Origin: Takakia lepidozioides
Lineage: Eukaryota; Plantae; Bryophyta
DNA: 64,000 bases
Direction: 5' to 3'
Assembly: GCA_030704615.1 (NCBI GenBank)
Contig: CM060732.1
Span: 19,592,001-19,656,000, forward strand
The notes under the pieces were generated by a model that was given only the letters and a program-made list of their open reading frames with translations, ran no database searches and was not told where the DNA came from. The translations under genes and the position numbers were made by a program. This document shows, in pieces, positions 11,055-22,558 of this stretch. How positions within the stretch are numbered: the stretch's first letter is position 1; every line of letters starts with the position of its first letter.

Positions 11055-14000
11055 TCAAAGATCGTTCAGGCATTCTCAAATCTGGTGAGCATCCATGATG
11101 CTCCCACACATACCTGGCATGTTCGCAAAGGTGGTGAGTAAGAAAAGATTTCACAGGGATCCGCTTTAGATGATGTCAGTGTGCACCTCCTCACGACGTA
11201 CCCACATTCCAATGCAGGGGCTTGGTATGTTGATAACGTCTAGATGGATGCAATGGATACAAAGGATGGATACAATGGATGTAACACATCCAGTCTGCAT
11301 TCCCGGGAAATGGCTGTTCAACCCGCGGTAATAGGTGACACCCGCGGAAATAGGCCCTGTATACATGCTGACGTGGCGTGAGCCTGTGCTGGGCTCACGG
11401 TTTCCTGGGCTCACAGGCTCACGCCTCCGGGCTCACAGAATAGCACCCCCCTTCACGTGCAGAGCATGTGCTTTGTCAAACCGAGCACCCATCCTGCACA
11501 GAGCAGACCATCCTTCGGGAAGCCTCATGTACTAAACAGACTAACGTCAACATGGTACCAAACACTCTACAGGCTGAACAATTCATCAGACTGACAAGAC
11601 TAACCACAACAGACAATGATGAAACCAGCAGCAGACTAACCAGCGTGCAGACTGACCACAACAGAGCGCAAAGCACTTAACGACAAAGACAGACGAGGAG
11701 ACTGAGCACAGTACTCACATGTGCTGCTCTAGGAAACGACCCACATCTTTGTCCATGTCCAAGGCCAGCTTGCGGTTCTTGTTCATAAAGACGCCAGACT
11801 TTTTCTTCGCCGGTCTCTTGGTACTCGGACCCTCCTCGACCTCCTCAGCATGGTCCACGACAGTCCGCTTCTTGGCTTTGCCTCTCCCCTGGGAAGCAGG
11901 GACATCTGTAGGCGGGCTGGATAGAGCAGACAAACGTAGCGCTGCCGCCCTACTTCGCAATAGAGGCTGGTCAGCAAGTTTGTTTACACTTGCCGGACCT
12001 GTCTTTGTAGCTTTGTGGGTCGCATGCGTAGAACTGACCCGCGCATGGGGGGGCGTACTCACCCCCACACCTTTCTTGGTTGTCGATCCCACGTTTGCAG
12101 CATGGGCGGAAGATGTCATGTCCTCAGAAGTAGACAGTCTGTCGACAGAGGGACGAACATCCTGTGAGGATACCGAGCAAAATGACAAATTAGCCCAATT
12201 TCACAATGTGCTAAAACATAAACAACAGTCCTGAAAGAGGAAATGACACAACCTGCCCAAGGGGTGAGGGAGCAGACTCCATGTAATCTAGCGCTATACC
12301 AGACGGTGTCTGCGCTGCATGTGGTTCCTTGTCAGTGTGCCTGCCAGCATGTTCAGTCTGTTGCTCAATGTGGGCAGTCTGCTCGGCCGCCGGTTCTTCG
12401 TCAGTCCTTTCGTCTGTGAACTGTGCAGTCTGCTGGCAACTCTACGGTTAAGTCTCTTCCTCAATGTGGGCAATGTGCTCGGTGGCAGGTTGGTCGTCAG
12501 TCCTTCCCTCTGTGAAGTGTGCAGTGTGCTGGTCAGGCCGTGCAGTCTGAACTGTGCAGTCAGAGCTGAGTTGTGCAGTCTGCCGCTCCGAGCCATCCTG
12601 GTCAATCTTTCCATCTGTGACCTGTGCAATCTGCTGGTTAGTCTGCGGTTTAGTCTGCTCATCAATGAAGACAGTATGTTGCCCCGCCACAGGTTGCTCG
12701 GCAGTCCTTCCATGTGTCCACTGTTCAGTGTGCTGGTCAGTCTGGTGGACAGCCGGCTGGGTGTTCAGATCTCCATGGACTTGGGAAACATCAAGAACAT
12801 GTATGGAAGACCCACTGGCAATTGCTTCCTCAGACTCTTCTGTAAGATCTATGATACAGTTTTGCGTTCCCAGATTGAGTTCGGTCATCACGTAAGACTC
12901 ATCTATGGCTTTCGCTTTCGTCACTGAGCGCACGAAAACGGGACTAAGCTGGAAGGTCATAGAAGGCAGGGCACGGGGAGCTGGATAAGAATGCTTTACC
13001 GGTGACCTGATGACGTCGTTAGTGAATGTACCTGGGGGAAAAGTGGACTCGGTCAGAACACTCATACTGGCAGATCCAAAAACATGTTGTTGGGAACTCA
13101 GCAGAAATTCATCCACAGGGTCCCGGTGAGGCCAGTGCATCCGAGTCTGTTGCACAATCCAGGGAACAGACTGGCTGTTAGTCTCCTGGATAGTCTGTTC
13201 GGCCATCTGCTGAGTGGGTTCGTCAGTGTGCTGCACAGTGTGCTGAGGGGCAATCTGCTGGCTGGATTCGTCGGTTTGCTGCACGGTCTGCTGAGGGGCA
13301 ATCTGCTAGCTGGATTCGTCGATCTACTGCACGGTCTGCTGAGGGGCAATCTGTTGGCTGGATTCATCGGTCTGCTGCACGGTCTGCTGTACAGTCTGCT
13401 GAGGGGCAGTCTGGTGGCCATGTTTGCTGGTCTGCTGCACAGTCGGCTGAGGGGCAGTCTGTTGGCCGGTCTGTTCTCCGGTCTGCTGCAAAGTCTGCAA
13501 AGTTCGCTGCCCGCTCAGTCCTGTTTGCACATACTGAGTATGTGTGTGCGGGGCAGTCTGCTAGGAGTGATCTGGCCTATTACCCGGGACGGTCTGGTGC
13601 ACATGCTCAGTCTCCATGACTTGGGCAGTCTGCCCACATGTGTCGTGGGGAATATGTTGTTCGACATTCTTGTGGCCAGTCTGCTGGACAGTCTCCCGAA
13701 CTCCTTGTAAAGCCAGGACAAGGTCCCTTGCACCTCTGGCAAAAGAAAGCAGCCTGCACTTGCTTGTCTCCCAGATCAACTCGCCCTGCAACACATGTTT
13801 ATGCAAATGTGAACTTGTAAAAAAGTTGGCAAAAGAAATTGAGCTGAAACACGAAAGTTGCCCATAATATTTTACCTTCCAAGAGATTCTGTGTTGTAGG
13901 AAGAAAGCTGTCATGCGCTCAAAGTCCTCCTCAGTCAATCCGAACAAGTGCTTTCTTCGCACCCCAAAGGTTGGATGTGACATAGGCATATGTCTGAGGT

Positions 14001-16149
14001 CTTCAGGCCGTGGGTCATCCATGAGAATTAGCTGCACAAGTAGAGGCGGCGCATTTTGGTCGCTTGTGGCTTCAATGGCAACAGCAGAGGCGGCTTCTAG
14101 AACATGGTTGGCTTCCTCAATAGAAAACTCCATGGAATAATGAAAGGGTACAAATGACCACCGGCGGTCCGCAACAATCCGGTGGAGCGCATTATGTCAA
14201 TCCAAATGGGGATTAATTTCTCCCACCCTAAGCCGGGGAAGTGTGAGGTCTTCAGCTCCGGGTCGAATTACCAGTGATGGCGATCGCCAAACTACAAAAA
14301 GCGCCGTGCTATGTGAGAGAAAGGCAGTCTGCTGGTCAGTCTGCTGGTCCGCAGTCTGTTGGATGACAGGTCTTCCCATTGGCATGGGCTGCATGATGGG
14401 ACCCTGGAGAGGAGTCTGCAGGATGACAGGCTGCTCGTTGGGAGTCTGCTCCGTTGGAGTCTGCTGGATGACAGGCTGCTGAACGGGAGTCTGCTGGATG
14501 ACGGCCTGCTGAATGGGAGTCTGCTGGATGGCAGACTCGGCTGTCCCAAACGCATTCCCCCCCGACGCGTCTTGAATATGTAATGCCGCTATAGCAGCAG
14601 ATGACCCAGGATACTTCAATAATATGTACTCTCGCACGCGGTCCACTTCCGCACGCACTGCAGTCGCTTGTAAAGGAGCATCATTGCTAGGTATCCGCCA
14701 AGCCTGAATGGCCCTACAAATAGAAACACGTTCATCCTGGTACACGGCAGAGAACTTGGACGTCAGGAACATGGACGCGGACTCTATATTCACCTCATGC
14801 AGCGGACTGGACTCACAGACCAGCAGACTGTAACGTGCGTACGTAGGGTGGAGGCAACTAGTAGACTATACCAGTGGACTGGACCAGCGGACTGACAAAC
14901 GGACTCAGTAAGTAATGCAGCGATATAAAACAGACTAACTGACGAGCGGAGTGAGCCAGCGGACTGAGGATAGAACGCAACGGACTGACCAGACTGAATA
15001 GGCAACGTGACCCCCCGATGATGGACTCAAACAGCACAGAGAACAGACTGGGCGGTCAGACTGACCATTACCTCCTCTACTTCATCATCGTCATCTTCAT
15101 CTTCAAAGCTGTTCAACCAGTTTTGTTCCACTTGTCGGATGAATGTGCGTAGCAGACCTGACTGGGCAACTCTGTAGAAATAACGGAAGAAGTCTGGATC
15201 CCCAATTGGTGGGCACTCAGGTGGGAAAAGCCCAAAGTCAACGAGGCGCAATGTGCCAGGGCAGACTGGCCCTTCAGTGCTCTGTTGAGTTTTTGGTTTT
15301 GACCCTAAACCGATGGCATGGGTCGCGATATTTGTGTGAGTCTGCTGCCGAGTCTGGCCCTTGCCAACAACATCCTAAAGCTTAGAGGAAACTTCTATTC
15401 TGGATACCATCCAGGAGCAGCCTAGCAAACATCGACCCAAGAGCTTGGTCATGAGATTTTGTTTACTTTTTACACACATTGATGAAGAGGATTCGCGGTT
15501 GGTTTCTTCTTTTCTCCCACTCACCAAATTGTCTCTACTACCTTGGGATAATTCAATATCATTTGTCGATATGGACACATGCTTCATAATTGTCCCCGTT
15601 TGATGCCATCACTAATCAATTGATTCATAGGATTTGCATTCGTGACGTTCCTCCCCTAATACGCCATTGGCTATTTTGCCCAATTTGTATTGCCCAAAAG
15701 AAAATTGAATTTCTTTTTGCAAGCAATGCTTGATCTTGTAAAACTATGAATGGTAGCTACAATGCAAGCATGACATAGCTTCAACCACATATCAATACCT
15801 ACAACACACCCAAACAAATCTCTATAAAATTAGATTTGTGTAAGTCAATGCCCCTTGCTTGAGGGCCTCATTGAAATGCATACCGGAATGCAAGAATTAC
15901 CCCATGTCACACCAAAATTATACCCAACAAAGCTGCCCCCTATAAGCCTCATTAATATTGTATTTGATAAGTTCTATAGCTGAATGTACTCTTAAAAAAT
16001 TATCATTGGGTGAGGGCGGCCTTGTTGAGATCCACAATTATGATGTATTAATTACACACAATAGGGCTGCCCCTGATAAACCTTATTGACTTTGTATTTA
16101 GTAAGTACCAAGAACACCAACGTGGGGCATTTGCCTACATGGCCACTAC

Positions 16150-17394
16150 ATGACATAGTGTAAAGCGTTGGGCTCAGTCGGTCCTAATTGCCTCTGAAAG
16201 ACCAGCTATTTTGAAACATTGCTTTGTGAAGGGACTGCCACCTGCTAGAAAAGTGTTTCTCTAAAAACAGACCTATACTACTGAAGATGAGATGGTTGAA
16301 TTAATAGAAGAACATCCCCGTTTAAAGGCTGCTAAGGCTGGCCTTGCCAAAGCTACCACCTCCCAGCACACACATCTTTCCAACATGTTGAATCTACTGA
16401 TGGGAATTTGAGGGTGGCAGATAGCGTTGATAACCTGGTGCCATCCATTGTGCAAGAGCTCTCTTCCTTTCGTCATGAAATTGAGGACCAGCTTCAGGCA
16501 TTCAAGGCTGAAGTTAACTGGAGGCCCTCTGGTACAAGTGGGTCAAGTAACAATGATAAGACTAACACTGGTCCTAGGTATGAAGCCAGGCTGTCCGTGG
16601 TAGCCTGAATGATTTGCAAATCCAAGGAACACTATACCAAGTTCTGCCCTCAGCTCCCTGCTCTCATTGAACGTTTTGAGAAGGAGAAACTTAGAAGGGC
16701 CATTTAAACGAACAAGATCGTCCATGAGGGTGCCGGTCGATCACAATAAGAACCCACATAGGAAACTATCCGGCTGATAGAGAAACCAAGATGGTGACAA
16801 AAGGAGCTTGAAGATTTAAGATGCACGGAAGCAGAAGATGGTACATCTCAGGGAAAAAGAGTCCAAGGACCCAACAAGACTCAGTGTCTAGGAAACCCAA
16901 CAGTAGGCCACTAAAATCTAAGCTGAGTCTCAACTTAGAGTCTCTGGAGCGGCGGTGCCTCTAGTTGCAATCTCCTTCTTCAGCCTCATGTGGGGACTTG
17001 CTATTCAGAGGGGAGAGAGTCGTGCTGTTGAAATTGAGTGTCAAATGAGCGGGTGCCGAGAACGCTGCCTTTACCCATGAGGAGTTGAAATCTGCCATGA
17101 AATTACGCTCAGTTATGATGGTGAAGAACACAATGTTAGTTGAGAATGAACTAGGCTGAATTAAGAAGGTCATAAGGATGAGAGTGGATAGGTTGTAGGA
17201 TTTAGGGTTCTTGGGCCTTGCATTTGGTTATGGCTTTACACAGCCATCTTGGGCCCAACAAATATATTATTTTAATGACTGAAGTTGGCCCAAGACACAT
17301 CCAAAAGTGGTGCAAATTGGGCCCATGATTCCTTGGGCTTGGGTCCTAATGTAAAGTGGAGACTGTAGAGGAGAGAAAAACTCTCCACTACAAC
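16150..17394 (+). mobile_element. Decayed LTR-retrotransposon remnant (gag with zinc knuckle, polypurine tract and probable 3' LTR)
   Basis: LKHCFVKGLP near 16212 and *MICKSKEHYTKFCP (CX2CX4HX4C with the first C lost) near 16606-16650. Purine tract AAGGATGAGAGTGGATAGG near 17174-17193 is followed by TGTAGG...CTACAACA to 17394. Confidence 0.45.
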
Positions 17395-17520
17395 ATAAAA
17401 TGTGGCTAAGTATACAAAGTATAGAGGGAGAGGGTGGAGTGAGGCGATTGTGGGTGGCCCTAATAACAAACAGACACGGAGGTGCGTGTTGGTGCTCATC
17501 TCGCTGGGGCATGCGCGCAT

Positions 17521-19986
17521 ATGGAGCTGCTACCCCCTGCAGCCTCGCTCTCTGCGTCGCCCTCTCTGGCACTGAAGCGCCCATGTAGCAACCCGTGTTC
17601 TAGATCTTCGAGCCGAGGGGTGGCGCTGGGTTTCGCCATCCCTGCGTCCAGTGTGGGGAGGTCCAACACAGAAACGGGCGAAGGGTGGGAGGCGTGTAAG
17701 AATGCGTGCAGATCACGTGCGAGAGTCACTTGCGTTGGGGGAAATGACAAGCTGGTATGGCGGTTTGATGAATTGCTTTTTAGAGGGCGGTAGAAGCTTC
17801 GTATGACTCAGGGTCTGCCTAAGAAAAGACATGGCTAATGTAAGTAAAAATATCTTTCTTCAAGTCTGGAAGACTATAGAGAGACATCCTAGTTTGGCAC
17901 TTTCTGTAAGGAAAAACAGTATGTCAGAGTTAAGTTGGTTTGCAATCTTTTCACTTCAGCTTGGTTTTGGGAGTCTTCAAAGGTTTTTGGTCTCATCTCG
18001 GTTGTCTAGGAAGTGATTTCATCAAAGGGAGCAAATACGCAAATACATTGAAGGTGCAGAGTTTGCATAAACACTGAGAGGGACATTGAAGCCATTGTAA
18101 CTCGAGTTCTCCTGAAAACAGTCATGCATGGATGTAACAACTCATCAACTCACAAGAAAGAGTATGATGTTTTATTACAAGGTTGCTCCCAATGCCTTGA
18201 TTGGATGTCACTGGCTGGAAGAGATAGCTTAAATCTTGGTGCAGAAAAAAGTCCGAACTCTTTCTGCTGGCTTTGCAGTGGATTTCAGGATACCTGTATT
18301 TTCATGTGGAAGGGCACACTGTCAGAGCTACATTGTGCTATATTCAGTAGAACGTATCTCGCTTGGATTGGTGTACACTTATCTTGTGTACACCAATCCA
18401 AGTTTATGGTGCACCATACACGTGCACCATACACGTTTATCTTTTTGGGGGCCTGGCTTAAGGAATTTCTTTTCTGGTGTTGTGAGTTGCCTATGATGTA
18501 CTTTTGAGGGGGTAGTTCCCACATGATATCGACCCTCTCGGAACTGCTTGTGCCCCTTGGGAAAGGAAACTCAGCTGGAAATTTCATACTGCTTGTGCAT
18601 GTGGCCTATGTCAGGGCACTGAGTATGTACATACAGTATAGACATATTAGAAAACACAATTGTTCATTCCAGCATGGCTGCTCAAGCCATCTCTTTGGCT
18701 GCAGAGAGACTGTGTTTGCCAGAGCCTTGGGCCCTGTTTGAGAGAGAATGTACTCATAAGACGTTGTTCGCCGTAGACCCGGCGGCCAGTTTGAGCGGAA
18801 CACAAAGGGACAGAAACTACCTTTGTCGGGGCGGTAGTATGACTTACCTTGAAACATACCCAGTTTGAGAGAATGTACTCAGAAGACGTTGTTTGCCGTA
18901 GCCTTGTGGCCATTGACCCCACGCCCAGTTTGAGCGGAACACAGAGGGACAGAACCTACCTTTGTCAGGGGCTGACGCCAGTAGTAAGATTTACCTTGGA
19001 ATAAACAATTGATCCTGGTTTTCCAGTTTGAGAGAGAGAGAGAGTTGGATTTTACCTGGCACTTGAATGGCTCACACACATGACCTTTCAGGTGATCGGC
19101 TTTCTCCCTCTCTGCCCATCTAAACTGCCTATGGGTTATAGGGATTCGAGAAGCATGCTCAAATTACAGGTTTTTTCTTCCTCGTTTCTCTCTCCCACAG
19201 GACATCCATCCGTTCCTCAGGGGTCCCTCCGGGTCCCTACAATTGTCAAGGCATTTGTTTTTTCTCCAACTACTACTGAGCTATTATGATTTTTTTCTGG
19301 TGAATGCAGGATGCTGCTCGCAAAGCCGTTGAGACCGCACTAGGGGAGAAGAAGGATGCATTCAGCAAGTGGGATGAAGAGATAAAGAAGAGAGAGGCAG
19401 GTGGCGGCAGCGGCGGTGCTAGAGGAAGAGGTAGAGGTTGGGGTGGTGGCGGTGGTGGTGACAGTGGGGAAGCAGGGAGTGAAAGCAATTCCTGGGAAGA
19501 AGCCAAGCAAATATTCTTTGCCTTCACCGGATTGGCAGCCCTTGTGAGTCTTTGTTTTTGCAAAGTGATGTTGTGGTCAGTTTATTGATGTTCTGGGTTT
19601 TTAAGAACCTTTCTGGAGCTGTACCTGTACAAATTGTATGCCTATCAGCATTTGTTTTAGCTTAGGGGAAAAGTAAAAATGTAGCATTGCATGCAAACCT
19701 CACTTTCCTACAGATCTGTGTGAAGTTGATATTAAAATCTTGTCCGATTGATCACTCGTGCTCAATTAAGGTGGTGTTGTGTCGCGCGGGGTGGCAGTAT
19801 TTGGTTCTTACGAAGGGAAAGAGCATGCTGGCGTTTACCTTGAACTCGGTTCTCTTTGTGCTGCGGGGATTCAAGCGCCCATCATCATACACGGCTCCGA
19901 TAGGGGAACAATCGCTTGGGCCAGTGGGTGCAGACGGACTGGGGCATGCTGAAAGCAATGTGATCAATAAGTGGGGCAGGGATTGA
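17521..19986 (+). CDS. Conserved plant uncharacterised Gly-rich membrane protein with a probable plastid transit peptide (3 exons, about 218 aa)
   Basis: Exons 17521-17754, 19310-19543 and 19798-19986 have phase-0 GT-AG junctions. The protein has a Ser/Arg-rich N-terminus, ARKAVETALGEKKDAFSKWDEEIKKRE, a Gly tract, a TM segment and C-terminal VINKWGRD, resembling a land-plant family as I recall it. Confidence 0.85.
18737..19008. repeat. Two tandem copies of a dispersed 130-150 bp repeat in intron 1
   Basis: GAGAGAATGTACTCA...TTACCTTG(A/G)AA occurs twice, with reverse-complement copies at about 61347-61483 and a partial copy at about 24543-24588. Confidence 0.8.
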
Positions 19987-22558
19987 CTCCTTCCCCTCGT
20001 ATTGCTGCCTCCCCCCCTTGCATTCTGCCTCTTTTTCTGTGGGTTCCTTGTATAAGGCCAAAGGTCATATGACTAAGGGAGGTAGTTCCTGACATGCTGG
20101 TTTCTGTAAAGTGGCGTCTAATGGAATTCTATCACAGTGGAGTGGTTGGTCATGTCGCCATTCTCCAACTCACCCTAAGAGCTGGGGTGTGCCGTGCGTA
20201 GAAGACTAACAGCAACATGAATTCTAACTGAGCTTAGTTGGGACCTATCCACAAAATGATTGGACCCTAGTTTTGTGTTAAGGGCCCTTCAACATAACAT
20301 TGTTTGAGTAGTGTGGTCTGTCTCTCTGCTTGAGACTGCTTGTCCAATAAAACTGCTCCGTTTTTGCTTCTTTTCTTTTTGTTTGTCCATTTTCATTTTC
20401 TGAAGCTTGAAGGTGTTGGGTAAGGTCATTTTCGGTACTCATTTCATGTGCTGAGAAATAGCTTTGGGCATAACTTTCTCTTTCTCCCTTTCTGCTACGC
20501 TCAATTTTGGGTACAGCATCTCAAGCCCCAAGGTGATGCTTGGGGTTTTTGTATGCTGTTGTTCTAGTGTCTCCTGCAACCCCTGGGCTGCTGTGGATGC
20601 AATAATTTCATTCTTCTTTGTCTGCTCCTACAGTGTGACTGGCAGTGCCACATCCGTGGGCAAATTGGCACCCAGAGCAGGAATGCTTAATTCATCACTA
20701 TGTTCTCTAACACCATGTCCATCCTGCCATTTTACCTTGGGCCCCTGGAAGCTATGTGTATGCAGTCATCAAGACTAGCAAACTCGCAGATGTGAGATGC
20801 TATACCTGGAACTTGCTTGCAGAAAGCAAGTTTCATTCATCAGTAGCCTCCTTCTGAAATGTATCTGCTGGTTCAATTAGCTCCAAAAAAGTATGAGTCT
20901 ACAATAAAGATCTTTGGGGTTCTGGGGTCAAACTCCAAATAAATCCTGCAGCAGTCCTTTCAATAGTATTTTCTCCCTGTTACACAAAATACTTCAAATG
21001 AGATATGCTGATGAAGAATTTGAGCTTCCAACAGAGTGCTCAGTCTGCACAGCATTCCTCTTGTTTCATCCCTACTGTTGGCATTGTGACCATCCAGCTG
21101 CTTTTTAGGGGTTTGTACCAGTGTTGGTCTGGTATCTTGAATCGGACATACCAGAAGGGTCCTGGTATGCAGTGCTGAATTTTTTTAAGGCAGGTAGGTT
21201 CTCCAATGATTTTTTCAAGTATGAATCTGGTATGCATGTCAATAACTTAGAAATATGAACTCTGATATGGTATTAAAATAATAATAAAATAAAAATGGTA
21301 CTAGTATTCAAATTCAAATTCAATATTGAAATGGCCATCTGAACTATTCAAATGGCCATTTGAATAATCAAGAAAACCACAAGGAAACCTGCTCATCTCA
21401 TAGGATACCAACCCCATACACTTATACACTGAATCAGAATTGCATCCATAGTGCCTCGCAAAATGAAGATCATAAAGAGGCGCTCATAAACACATGAAAC
21501 CCTGCATCCATAATGTCTATACATATGTGCATATTAATATGATACCCAAAGAGACCTGCAGCAACGAGTCGAGCTCTGGTAGGGGGCGGGGAAAGGAGAA
21601 CCCCAAACCGCCTGGTAGGGTTTGGGGGGGTTGCCGGGGAACTCGAGAACCTTATGGTAGGGTACTACAAATGTTTATGGGAACAGAGAACAGTAGGTTA
21701 GGAGAGACCCCGGTTGACACCCAGATACCAGCCCAAGACTCGTTTGTACATGTGAAACTGGTGGTAGCTTCCACAACACAACACGAGCGAGGCACTTGAA
21801 CTTTCTCTTGATAACCTCACTCTCGGAACAACCCCACTCCGAAGTTCAAATTCCTTGCAATTCAGACAGTTCAGCCTGTCGGCATAATGACCGACCTCTC
21901 TTTTGGCTGGATTGTGTGTAGTACCCCTACGAAAGCAAGCTCCATTCACAATCAATACCACTATGGTTAAATTTGGACTGCATGTTGTGGTACCATCATG
22001 CAGAAAAACAGGACTCCAATGTGCAGAAGATTGATGAATCCCTGACAATTAAACTAACAAACATTCGAGGTGTCTTTCAGATGGAGTACCTTGCTTGGAA
22101 CTCAAGAACGTGACGTCATAATGAACTCGCTCTCTTGTGATGTTTCTGCAGCCTCCGTTTCGACGTTTAAGAATATTCAAGACCAGGTTGTCCAGATGCT
22201 TGCCAATTGAAATGGGTGGTATGGTGTCGGTAGTTTTTGTTGAATGATCACATGTCGGCCGTGTCCTTGGGAAGTCCGATTGTGGCCAGTAAACTTCTGA
22301 GTAGGAGCGACCGGTCAGCAGGACAGCTGCTTTTGCCGGCGTGGATGAAGAGTATCATCTAAACGATCCGGTCACCCTGTGTCTGGAGGCTTCCACCATC
22401 GCACTACCGATTCTTTTGATCTGGTGCAACTGTACATTTGTTCTTCCTCATCATCCGAGTCGTATCTGTCTGAGTGTTTCTTCGTCCTTGTGTGTTCTCC
22501 AGTCTCAGGATTTGCTGCTGGTGATCTACTGAATTTGCTGCTCTGTCCGCGATCCACA

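Larger units (their letters stand above)
3986..11449. mobile_element. Nested, internally deleted DNA transposon (MULE-type, degenerate termini) with an 11-bp target-site duplication
   Basis: Direct repeat CCTTCACGTGC at 3975-3985 and 11450-11460. GTGAGCC(C) motifs cluster at the left end and GGGCTCAC motifs at the right end. Removing the insertion restores the Ulp1 reading frame. Confidence 0.85.
2951..15251 (-). pseudogene. Ulp1/peptidase C48 (SUMO-protease-like) gene with long Gln/Thr-rich N-terminal repeats, interrupted by an insertion at 3986-11449
   Basis: The spliced C-terminus reads CDFILVPIGDE|GH*SICIID...LNS...AQ(fs)PFSWECGFYVM, the Ulp1 H/D/Q/C motifs. The Trp of HW is TAG at 3403-3405 and the intron is 3646-3413. 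The exon ending EQH(AT|gtgagt, about 11719) splices in phase to 11493, and the frame continues across the insertion (MGARFDKAHALHVKAGNSMLIFF). Upstream exons lie in ORFs 12448-13284, 13561-14133, 14197-14793 and 15027-15251. Confidence 0.8.
1..15375. mobile_element. Large MULE carrying a transposase and a convergent Ulp1 protease gene (KAONASHI-like); right end approximate
   Basis: Transposase (+) and Ulp1 (-) converge. CAGTCY/CAGACT motif enrichment persists to about 15375, where the reverse complement reads GGATGTTGTTGGCAAGGGCCAGACTC (G-initiated, MULE-like end). The left end lies outside the window. Confidence 0.6.

Noticed and set aside
12319-13710. Plus-strand Leu-rich ORFs resembling LRR or membrane proteins
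   Set aside because: They are antisense shadows of the QQT repeats of the minus-strand Ulp1 gene.
17200-17207. Telomeric TTTAGGG
   Set aside because: It is a single isolated copy.
18840-18853. U1 snRNA-like 5' end (ACTTACCT)
   Set aside because: Only 8 nt match and no U1 body follows; it is part of a dispersed repeat.
21494-22557. Possible LINE ORF1 or minus-strand gene upstream of Derlin
   Set aside because: Only a vague motif resemblance, many stops, and overlap with the probable Derlin 5' region.
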